DNA of 62,105 bases, filler included, from Sphacelaria rigidula (lineage: Eukaryota), in NCBI GenBank assembly GCA_964200075.2. It is 2 parts of 2 records of this genome, joined end to end, with 100 filler letters (N's around TTAATTAATTAA, not from the genome) between each part and the next. Parts side by side here need not be neighbours in the genome. Positions count along the whole stretch, not along the records: positions 1 to 31,011 come from CAXNAA020000053.1; 1 more part is not named here. One strand, 5' to 3'. Both the position numbers and the translations under genes were made by a program. Position 1 is the stretch's first letter. Every line of letters begins with the position of its first letter. The notes under the pieces are model-generated. The model saw only the letters and a list, made by a program, of their open reading frames with translations, searched no databases and was not told the DNA's origin. Below are positions 14,601 to 26,600 of the stretch, one piece after another.

Positions 14601-17600
14601 GAACGTGACGAGAGTACGCCAAGGAACGCTGGGACCCATATCTGGAAAGGTTAGTGGCAGCGGTCATCGGAATTTGGGGTGGCTTTCTCAAAACCTCTGT
14701 GCAGACTAGTCAATGGGGCATCAGAATTTGTTCGTGTCTTGCTGAACATTGGTTCCTGTGATGCAAGACCCGCTATTAGCGGTGGCGTTGGTTTGAAATC
14801 GTTCCATCCGCTACTTGATATTCCGCCGAAAAAATGTAAAGCGGTGGTTGCATGAAAAACAGATGTTGTTCACCTGCTACCCTTCGTGTTCGATTTCACT
14901 GTGTCACATGAGCACTGCGTGCACCCAGTATCATGACGATCACCCCTAAGAACAACAAAATCGTATCCAAGAGGGCAGCGCAGTCGTGGTCTGTGTTGTA
15001 TTGAGGCTGTAAATGGCTGCGTCAAACTGCATGGAGCATGCAGCAGCACTGATTTTTGAGGGGTACCAACTTTCCGACTCGAAAATTGAACCTGCATTGC
15101 GTTGGAAAACGCGGCGTGCAACGTTCAAATATAGATGAAGAACGGAAAGTGTATGTGGATAGCGCGCAGAAACGGAGGCATTCTAGAAAAATATGCTTTT
15201 GACGTGGATTAGAGCGGTCGAAAGGCGACAAAATGAGGAATTGGGTAAACTCGTAGTCCCATGCTGCTGTTGTGCGAAAGCGAGCGTATGAATCCTGACC
15301 AGTTTGCATTCATCTCTTGATGACTCGAAAGTATTCACCGGCAACAGAGGAGAGTACCTACGAAAGATTCTGCAAACGTACAAGTGGTTTTACGTGATCA
15401 TAGAGAATATCAAACGAGTACAAAAGGTTACCGTTTTACGGTTTGCCGTCGAGCTGGGAATACGAAAATATGTCAAATTTACGGTATGTAAGCGTATCAG
15501 TTCGTTGAATATGGTTGAAGCGACGCCGCTATCTGGAAGTCCAAGGTATGCGGGAGAATCCGTACCGTCAATCCCGGTGACGTATGCGAGCAGGTTCCAC
15601 ACCCCAAACCGTCCCACCGTTCCTCACGCCGTTCACGGTCGCGGACATACCAAATACTGTACAGTACTGCAGGGTAAGCAGAGTAACGAGCCTTGGAAGT
15701 ACCGGCTACTCCAGATTACACAGGGTGCGGACCGTCGAAACTGTTCAGTATGGCAGAGTGTTCAGGGTATCGACACGTCAGAATACCCGATCGTTTACCC
15801 TGCCCTACCCTACTCTATGGGGACCACCTTCGGAACCTATGTTTGGTCGTGCGTGTGTTGTCGTTCTTCTTCCAGATCCCCCTTGCGGTGATGAATGGCA
15901 CCTCGATTTCGGGAATATCATACGTCGCGTACGACGCCTCGGCAGAAGAGATGGGCGACGCACTCGCAGAGATCGCAGATGCCTCGCTAGAGGGGTCCAT
16001 CGGTAGTTTACTTGTGTCCCGAGAATCCAATGGAGCCGAAGGATTGCAGGCATACAGGTGCAGATTGTTCCCGATTAGACACAAACAAACGAAAGGCTTG
16101 GAGGTGCTTCATCTATGTTACAACGCGTTCTTCCACGTCATTTCGGTACAAAAAATCTTGAGCGGATGTGTTGGTAGCATGGCCCCCCACCGCTTTGTCA
16201 CGCATTTGCGTTGTACTTGTAGTCAAGTCAGCACCTGAAGATCATCTTTGTTAGAGCAAGAGCGACTTGAAAAAAAAAACCACGCGCAAACATTTGCTAG
16301 GAAAAACGTGTTTTGGTGACGTCTTTGGTCTCTTCGTGTCCGCACAGCCATCCACCAACAAATTGGGTCGCCTCGTTACCCACACATTCTTGTGAAGGGA
16401 CAGGCAAGCTACTCCTAACCGCTGCTTTGTCCCAGCTCAGTGAAATCAACCCTCGGTGGGAAGAACTCCGTAATTCTGCCCTTTCACGTCTCCAACGTTT
16501 GCTGTTCGTAACAATCGCCAACTCAATAGGTGGACCATAACTTTCCTAGATCTCGCGGGAAATGTACCCCAATTTTCCGTGAACGCGACCTCATCTTCGA
16601 CACTGGAGGGTGAGAACAGTCTTGCTCCAGTCGCCGGGGCAGTTGGAGATGTGACAGCGGGTATGCAGACCGTACGGGAAGCGACATCACCTTGCTGTGT
16701 CGGTGGTAACGTTTCAATGAGCTTCGATGAGGTGTTCTTCCTTGATGTAGGCGTAGGCAACACGGAACACAGAACAGCTGAGTATCTTCAGGAGGCGCTC
16801 GAGGGTGTGATGGACCAAGGTGAGAATGTCATCAACCTCCCTGTCTTCTGAGCATGTGAGGTAAGAAGGGAAAAAAAGTGGGGATGTGTCATCATCTTAC
16901 ACACTTTGCTCGCCATATTTTCAACTTCTTCTCCTTCAGGCGAGTCCGCAATCTGAAAGGATCGACGCAGTCTCCCCCCGGTACCTGCCTTGTAATCTAT
17001 GGCCGAGGATTGGATCAAGACCCCTGCACCCTGTCGACTCTCATCATATTTTTGTAGCCCGTGTCTACTCATCTCTCACGACGGAAGCAGATTTTAGTTA
17101 TGGCGGTATCTTTCCGGAGTCTAACCCGCAATCGTCCGCTGTAGCTGGCTGTTTTGTGCTACAGTAGTCAGGCCACCGGGGCGCGGTCGTGAGGATATGC
17201 AGCGCAGGAAATACCGTTGAATAAAATCACGAATAGTTTGGCGCTCTCTGTAGTGAGGAACGACTGCGCTGTACAAAATCGGTTGGGTATTCATTGAAGT
17301 CACCTGCGGAGGAATATTCGCGTGGCGCGGGGTGAAAAATATCAACGTCAGTTGACTAGTTGAAGGAAGTCGAAGCAGCCACCCCCGGGTAGAGTGAAAC
17401 GGTATTGAAGTCATGTCTCAACGACGGAACTGCCATCAATAGGTCGGGTCACGCAATCGAACACGGGTTCTCATGAGATCTGTGCATTTCAGGTGTTGGT
17501 TGCACCAAGCTTCCCTGTGAAATATTTATACGATGGAAGATAGAAACCTGACCACCGCAGCGAATTATTCCACCCTGAAGCTTTCGTTTCGCATTCAACA

Positions 17601-20600
17601 TTTCCTGCAAGCCTTCATGTGTTTTACAACATACACAATGACATGAATGTTTCGCCCTTCTGCCTGTTGTTTCGTCTTTCTGGTGTGCTTCCTCCGTTTT
17701 CCCAGATGACTGGGGATCCATCACCGTAGACTACACAAATCTCCTCGATGGCGGCTCCATTTGGACAATAACCTTCGAGGACTATGCAAATACAGCCCGT
17801 GCGGGCGGTGCGCCACTCTTGAACATATCGAGGGATAACCTCACAAACGGGACTGCGACAGTTGCACGGATATCTGCGGCTGCAAGCCCGGTCGTGCATC
17901 GTGTGCTACTATCGTCAATATCCACCCTTGATGCCAGTGGAGTTTTCGAAATGTCGGTGGCCGGCGTGGTGACTCGGCCTGTTTCTGTGGACGCGTCGGC
18001 TGTCGTCCTCCAAAATGTAATTATAATTTGGCGTTGATTCGCTCAACAGAGAGCAACAACCGTCGCTCATCAGTTCTGAAGCTGAGTGGAGGTGTACTCA
18101 CGTACGTACCTATAGATGATGAGTCATTTGGGTGTTGAGCTTAGAAGCTGAGCACACGGCGGGCTCCCGTAGCTCTTCGCGTGAGCTGGTTATAGTCGAG
18201 ATGTCCACACATAGCTTACCCGTTCATTGGCGAGCATCATCATTTTACCGGAGCGGATATGATGACCAATCACGGGTGATCCGCTCACCTGGCCACGTAC
18301 AATCGAGTACGAAGCAGGTCACTTTTATGGCATCTCGTGCGTGGTTGCACAGCTGAAATTCGCGGAATGACTATTTTCCTGCCAACGTTGCACAATCGCT
18401 TTGACGGTTTCTGCTCCGGAACCTGGAAGCCACGCAGTATTAACAACGTTTTCGCGAGATTGAGAGTAGAACGCTGAGTGAGAGTGGCTTCGGTCATTCG
18501 CTTTAATTTGGTCATTTTTTCATTCCGTGTGTGCTCTTATTTCCCTTTTATCACTAGCGTGTGCTTAGAGCTACACGCCGATATCCTCTCAGGGATATCA
18601 AGGGCCTCAGTGGCAAGCTACTACAGAAAGACTATCGGGCCTGGTGGAGGGGCATTTCGGAATTGAAACGATTGATTCACTTATTGACCGCTTTTCACTC
18701 TCAATCGTATCCTCTACTCTCAATTTCACGGAAATATTGTTTATTGTGAATGCTCGTCCGTAACGAAAAACGACTTGTCACGGTGTCTGCGGACGACGAC
18801 GTATGATGCGGTTCACAAATCTTATCCTCTAAGCACCAGTAAAGCACCCACGGGAACGTGTCTGGTGTTATGCTCTGTATTACATGGGCCGGCACGGCAC
18901 TTGGCACCGAAGCTTAAAGGCACTTGTTTGCAAGGGTCGTCCGCTCTTCTCTTGGTCCCTGTTCACCGGTACTGTTTTTCATCGGGGCCGGTTACTCGTG
19001 CCCTTTTTCTCCTTTCACTTCACCTCCTCTTTGTATTTATTCTCTTATGTCTGCTGCCCGCTCTCGTTCAGGTCACTTTGCGTGTTTTATATTTCTGTCA
19101 TTTGCCTTTTCTCGACTTTCCTCCAAGCGAGCGTTTTCCTTGGTAGGCCGTCGGAGGGTATATACTTTGCCCACGACTCAATTCCTCGGCAATCAGCCAA
19201 AGTGATGAATGAATCGATCAATCATTCAACCGATCGATCATTGAATCAATAAATCTAAATGAGTCAACCCATCCATCAACTATACTCATCAACGTCCCCG
19301 CCGTGTAAATGACCTCAGGTACTTCGGGAAGATTTCTTATCCCTTGGTCTTCAACCAACTGTTGAGCCAGTTACCGCGACAGATCTCCGGCTTGCTGGGG
19401 ATCACCGTGCGTGGGACATTGCCTGGTCTTCGATTCCTGGCAATGAAATGGCGACATCCAACTTTTCCTGCACCGGCATCAACTTAACTACGTCTTACAC
19501 GGGGGATGGAGTGTGCACCATCACCCTCGTCGAGAACTCGATCGGCGGTGTTCCTATTTCAGGGACATTTTCCATAACCATCATCACCAACGCCGGCGAA
19601 ATAACCGAAGAAGGCGAGCTGTGCAACGATAGGCGGATCGTAGGTATTTTTAGATTCTTCTCAGACGCACTCGAGAAGAGTTCGAAATGGTTTTAATCAA
19701 TCGTGGTGACACTACTGTGCGGTGGCAACGGCTCATCACTGTCGATGCCGGCAGTGCCAACACAGCGGATGAGAGGGCGTAGTAGTTCAAATGTGTTTCG
19801 GTGACTTATATTGCGGACCTGCCCTAGATCCTAGATCATATCCCCACAATGCCACACTTTCCGTAGTCGTGTCTCTTTTTCGATTGCTGTGCAACTCAGG
19901 TGGTGCTGCTTGGGGAGGATTAACGTCGGAAACCACCGTCCAACTCGCGCACAACGCAAGCGCCGACACGCTACAAACGGCTCTTGAAGAGTTAGGTAAC
20001 GTGGGTGCGGTATCGGTAGAGCGTGTCCGAGCTCTCCCACGAGAAAACGGCGGCGGAGGTTCCTATCTTATCACCTTTTTAGGCAGCAGCTATACTGATA
20101 TCGTAGATTCTATGAACGGCTACATGTCTTTGTCCATATCGGCGGAAACGAATCTGTATGGAACAATGGCTGATGCAGCGGTAGAGGTCGTGTACCCAGG
20201 GTCACAGTGGGGTGGCGAGTTTGCGCTTTCTTTCGGCGAGGTCGAGGGAGAAGCGTTGGCTTTCGATGCTCAACCAGAAGAAGTCCAAGAGGCGATTGAA
20301 GCGCTTGCTGTTTCTGCTGGTGCGGGTGAAGACGACAACGTGGAAGTGTGGCGAGAGACGTTAGAATCTGGATATCGATGGCTGGTGACATTTTCAGGTG
20401 GATATTTGGACGGCAATATTGATCTTCTCAAGGTGAGCACATGTGATGGATTATATTAAACTTATATGAATCTTTTCGTGAGCGGTAATTATTTCATATG
20501 CCAACAGCAAGAGTAGAATAAAGTCACATAGGTCGTGGGTAGATGGCATGCCGATGGTTCATGGGCAAGTGAGCTTCCTCGCGTATTTGCACCAAGCGGT

Positions 20601-23600
20601 AGAGAACCCGACCGTGGTTGAAGATCGCTGCATGGTCTAATCGTTTTAGTACGGTTTTCATATAAGGCGCCTCCGGGGTAAAATAGTATGATGGCGACGT
20701 AAATAACAGAGCCTCTGGGATGTGACTATCCATCTGGGACATCAGTCTGGGGTGTTCACCAAGGGTACCCACCCGAGATGTAAGCATCTATCTGGGAGAT
20801 CTGTCTAAGATTCACAATCTCTGCATGAGGTCAAACCTGTATAATGTCTACGATGTTAATCTGGGATGTCGATATCCATATATCCATCAGGGCTATGCAC
20901 CTGGGATATTCGTGTGGAGTCTCACTTGCATCTGCTATGGTCATGTGGACAATATTGTACATCAGTGCGCAAAAACACACCGCTATGTCATGGTGCGCTG
21001 ATTGATATTGAAGCCCCACCAACGCGTACAGTTCTTGGCTTTCACCGATGCACACCAGCCTAACTATATGTCCTACCAGAGCGCTCTAAACTGTGCTTCA
21101 CCAGCGCACGCTAGTTTACCTGATCGTACAAGTTATCCGCGAGCTTGAGTCAGGGTTAGGGTTACAGTTGGGGCCCTGAATTGGGTCGGATGTTTAACGG
21201 GTGTCTGCGATCATAAAGGTTTGGCGACATGCAGAAACGGGTCTCAGCAGGTGAGTCATTCCAGATGGACATCCATGTCCCGTATAGATATCCATCTGAG
21301 ACATTCGAAATCCAGGTAGATAGTTCTTCCGAGGGGTCTCCATGCCTCAGATGGACGTCCGCAGTAGATGCCCCATATGAAGCCTTGGATATCCAAGATG
21401 AACCCTGGGATATACTAGATGGACATCCTATATGACCATTCGTGTTCCAGATGAACATTCATGCCCCAGGTTGATTTTCCATGTGGAAAGTTTATATCAG
21501 GGATTGAGGTCTGCCTCCCAGATTGACGCCCACACACCTAACGGGTGTCCCACATGGACATCCACATTCAAGATGGACGGATCCATCTGGGATATCCGCA
21601 ACCTTCGGATGGATTCGGCCCGCTTGGGCTTGAGCCTCACGAAGGGCCAAGAACGCGTCTTCTGGAGTGCAGAGGATAGCACACATGATAACACTCGACC
21701 ACACACGTATATGAAAGAGTGCAGCAAGCCGGTGCAGTATTATTAAAGCTGGCATGCCGTAGTAGGGCACATAACAGCACAGCATAGCGTAGCATAGCAC
21801 CCCACCGCAACACTGTACCATACAGTCGATTACAGTCCCATATATGCACAGCTGTACCTACGTATGTAACCCTATCACCGATGAACGTGACTCCCAGCTA
21901 AATATGTCAGGGCAGCAGTGATAGGTCTTGACAGGGTGGTTCTGTGTCAAGCCAAGAGTACAGTGCAGTGGTCCGGTACACTCATCACAGTATATACGCG
22001 GAGAGGTGTGCAAGCGAACAGTGATCTATGCTCGCACCAGTTTGGATGCGATAGTCGCTGCTTACGGCTTGTGACCCCCATCATGCTGCTGCAAACCATG
22101 GCTGAAGGGGAGATACATGAGTCGTGGACTTTGCCAGAGCTGCGTGTTGTCTGAGAAGACAGATTTTCCGAAGACCTCACCCTATTCGAACAAAAAATGG
22201 TCAATGATTCACCTATACAGCCATCAAGTCCTTTTGACCCTGGAAGGATCCAAGTCACTCAAACATTACACCCGCGTCTGGTTTGCCTCGGTAGAAGTGC
22301 TTAATCATGCAATTGAGTATGTTCTTCCCCTGGTGCGCTTCTCCTGTATGATCGAAAAGACAACTGCCCGTTAATGGTCGCTGATCACTTGATCCCTCCT
22401 CTTTCTCTCTCTCTTTCTCTCCTGATGTTATTGGTATAAAGCCTGAATCACGCTTATCACCCATACCTCACTCATCCGCATGTGTTCACGCCTATTATTC
22501 GAGTTAGACTCTGAAAAATTACACACATATATAATGGAGCATTAGAAAACTTCCTGTGAATGAGATATTTCGAATGGTTTGTTTTCCGCCCGTTATTGGG
22601 GGTTCCGGAAGTCATGTGGGGCCCAGAAACCCCGGATAACTCGCCAAGAAGAAATAATCAAGAGATTCCACCTATATAAAGTTTTGTAGTGTGCCATAGT
22701 GTATGTGTGCAACGTTTCAGAGTGTAAGTCCAAAACTCGCCATGAACTTATCCGCTTTTGTGCGATGAAGCAAGCTGTAAACAAAGTCCTCATTACTCGA
22801 TTTGTAGTATGAAAAAGTCTACGTCGGGAATATCTAAGTTAATGCGAGAAAACACTACATCAGGTTTTAGAGGTTCACAACGAAATTTCGTAAGCATGCT
22901 CTCTGAGCTACGCCGGGATGTATATAATTATATGATTTTATTTTGAGCCATTTTGTACCGGCTTTCGGGGGTCTTTACGCTGGGATCCCCGGAAGCCGGT
23001 ACAGAGATGAGAAACCTTGGAATATTTGTTGGGGCAAGTTTGGCAGCTTATTGGGCCGTTTGCCCTCGGTCGTGCGGTGTGTCAACCACTCCGCAGAGGT
23101 CTCAAGTCTCCAGGCCGTGGAAATAGGTGAAAAGAAGTGTGAGTTCTTGCGTCTCCATGTCGTAGAGAGATAAGAAAAAGGGTCAGAGAAGTTCTTGATC
23201 AATTCGGTTTTGTGCCGTGCCGTGGGTTGGACGGCGGCTGTGGAAGGCCCATATTGGTCAAAAAGAGGTACACTTTGGACATATTTTGAGGCAGAAGAAG
23301 ACAAAATGAGGTACAAGATACTCTCAAAAGGTTTTGCCGAATACACCTCCGCCCCGATGGTGTGATGGTCCGACCGTCGCCATTAGGGTGGAGAGAACGA
23401 GGGTTCGATATCCGATGTGTTAGATTTTTTCTTCGTAGTATGTTATTTCCACCGTGGAAAGAGTGAGAACGTGTGTAAACAAAGTAGTCGACTGAGTTTG
23501 TTTGACGTGAGTTGACGCGGTGCGGGAGTGCCGATCCAATCAGCGAGACCAAAGTGCAAGGCGTGTACCGGGGAGAGACGGGTTGATCCCTTGAGGCCAC

Positions 23601-26600
23601 GGACTCGTCCCGAGGAACGGGAAGGATTCAAAGTACGATAAATAAAATTAGTAAAGAACATGATGACAAATTAGGGTTTTCTGCGAGGACTTTTTTCCCC
23701 GCGGCGCTGTTCGGCCGTGAAATCGCGTTTTTATTTCGCAAAAATTGATGTACGTACTCTGCATGGGCTGTGGACGCCTTGCCTTTGCGTGGGGATCGAT
23801 TTTTGAATGTCTTGGGTGTAGCACGGATAGCTTCCACTTGCGCGGTTACCTGTACCTACGTTTAGGCTGAAATAGATGCCCTATTTATTAGTAAACTTTT
23901 CACGTTTGGAGCACCGGTATTGATACTCACGGAACTACCAAGTTCGAGACCGGTCGGAGCTTTTCTACAACAAGATCGTCAGGATGTTTCTGGGTCTTTC
24001 GTGCATATCATTATTAAATATCCGACGCCGCCAAAACCTCACATCACCCACATACCACGATCTGGGATACAACTCGACGCCATAGAAACCGTTTTGAAAT
24101 CCGGCTTTTGTGCTAGATTCCTGAGCTGATAGTAGTTACTATGATTTGAAAGATGTGGAGACTGAATAGAAACTAGGCTGGGAATTCGTATATCATTTTT
24201 TTTATTTAGAACAATGTGAAGAGCGTTGATTGGTCGAGGTACCTTTTCGCCCTTGGCGCCATCGCTATGACCATAAACAAATATTCGGGTAATATCACCC
24301 TATTCGTTTGTTCTTTGCGATCAACATGATACGAAGTATGTGACTATCATCAGGTAAGTCTTACGGAAGATGTTTGCTGATGAAACAGTTTTGGGTTGTA
24401 AGCATGAACCGGCCTGTATAGTGGCACCGCCGCAAAAGGAAAAATGACGATGTCAGCGCTACATATACGTGGTGCTGATACGGGGTGGGGCCCAAAAGGG
24501 TAGTACCACATGTGTGCCCTAGATGCGTGTTTATTTACCAGATGCAGTCACCGCGATCACTCGCCCAACGCCAAAAGATTAACCACAAGCGAGAGGCTAT
24601 TGCGTTCAGAGTCGTCCATTAGGGCCCCGTCACCGGTTAGGCGAGAATTGCAAATCTATTCCGCGAGCAATCAAAGTTGGAGATGCCCGAGAGAGAAGCC
24701 CTGCTTTGTCTCCGACTCTGTATTCTACTCTTTATGCGAGTTGTCTTCGTGGAGTGCTTCCATTTATTCACCCCGAGTACGTCTGTCCTATAACCACGAC
24801 CGATTCGTGGCAAACCAGTTCTTGTGCGATGAACCATCATTCGATCACTTTGTCAATCCCTCAAAGGTGTAAGTGTTTTGGTCTGTCCTACAGCTGTAAC
24901 CTGGCTTGTTTTCGTCCGTCGATGCCAATGGGGACCTCTGCGGTTTGATTTCCATCAAGTGTTTCCTGCAACAGCTCCACCGTTGCTTATTGGACCAACT
25001 GAGTTCCATGCATCACATTTAGCCTTTTCCGACGGCGTCAAGCCGGAGATATAAGGAAGGAAGGAATAGTTGCTTACGCTGTTTTTGGCCATTTCGGAAC
25101 TGTATGATGCGATTGACCCTTGTTTGCGTCGAGACAAGCAGTGCACCAGGTGATCACTCTTCTCAGATGCTGATGCTGCCACGCCCCACTTGTTCATAAG
25201 TAGTATAGGGTATTCACACACAATGACGCACCTTAGCTTAACGTGGGTATGTTGCAGGTGGCGTGGTCGACGCTGCGCGGCACAGATGGGAGAGTCAACG
25301 TCTACCGTTCGGCCAACGGGGTAGATTCACCTGGGGGTAGTTTTACGCTATCATTCGGGGACGATTATCCGACAGAACCTATTGTTGCGAACGCTACCCC
25401 TGCCGCCCTCGAGGCAGCTTTGGAGGCCCTACCGACCGTTGGCGACGTCGCGGTGACCGTGGACACCTTATCGCGTTCTGATTTGGTCGACCAGACGACA
25501 TATACGGCGTGGCTGGTAGAATATACTACGCTCGGCACGCCTCCAAATCTTGGCGACCTGCCCTTACTCGGGACAGATGGATCATTCCTAACAGGCACAA
25601 ATGTGAGTGCTATGGTGGAGGAAGTGTCGAAAGGCTGCTGTGCGGTTCAACTAAGCGTCAATGGGGGGCAAGATTACACCAGCACCACTGCAGTCGGAGG
25701 GAAAGCTGGTGGCAACACAGCAGCGTTTAAATACCAAAATCGAGCCGTGGTCCGGACGATCCTGCCAAGCGCAGGCCCGGCTGCCGGGGGGACACAGATT
25801 TCCGTTTCTGGCGCTGGCTTCGACGCACCCTCATCGACATCCTCGGAGATGGAAGCAGGACTGGTATCAACGGAAGGTAGTGGTAGCGATATGACTTGTG
25901 TGTTTGGTGGTCGGCTGGAATCACCTGGAGTTCGCCTAAACTCCTCCGTCGTGCTGTGTAATTCGCCGCCTGTACAGCACGGGAGTTCTCGCGTTGTGTC
26001 AGTCGCTGTCCGATGGTCGGGATCCGTTTTCCCGTCCCTCACAACCGCAGCATTTTCGTACTACGATGAAGTTATGTTGGGATCGCTCGCACCCCGCCGG
26101 GGTTCGAACGCCGGCGGATACTCAACCATTGCATCTGTTGCCGACGGCTCATTTGATGTGGTTGGATTCGATATGGTGACGTGCATCGTAGAGGTGCGCC
26201 TACCCAGCAATATTACTGGTAGTTACACAACGCGAGGATTCATCAGCGAAGCGGAACCGGTGCATAAACGAGCTGCCCTGGTGGACACAGGTGACAGCGG
26301 CAGTGACCGGGTTTCCAATGAGGCATACTCCTGCGAAATCCCCGGAATAGGAGATTTGTTTGACGGAGTGAGTGGCGAACACTGGCTCGAAGGAGATTGG
26401 GGCGCGATAGCCCTCGTCAGCCTCTCAGGAAACGGTGGTGTTGATCGCTCATCATCTCTCTCCTTCACGTACACAGCGCGGCCTAGTGTTGTAGCTGTTG
26501 AGCCAACGTTAGGTGGAGATACCGGAGGGACACCCGTCATTGTTCGGGGAAGACGCTTGACGCAGCCGATTGGTGGGTTCAACGACGGTGAAGTCTTATG

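Noticed and set aside
21152-21164. Interstitial telomere (AGGGTT)x2
   Set aside because: Only two units, too short to be meaningful.
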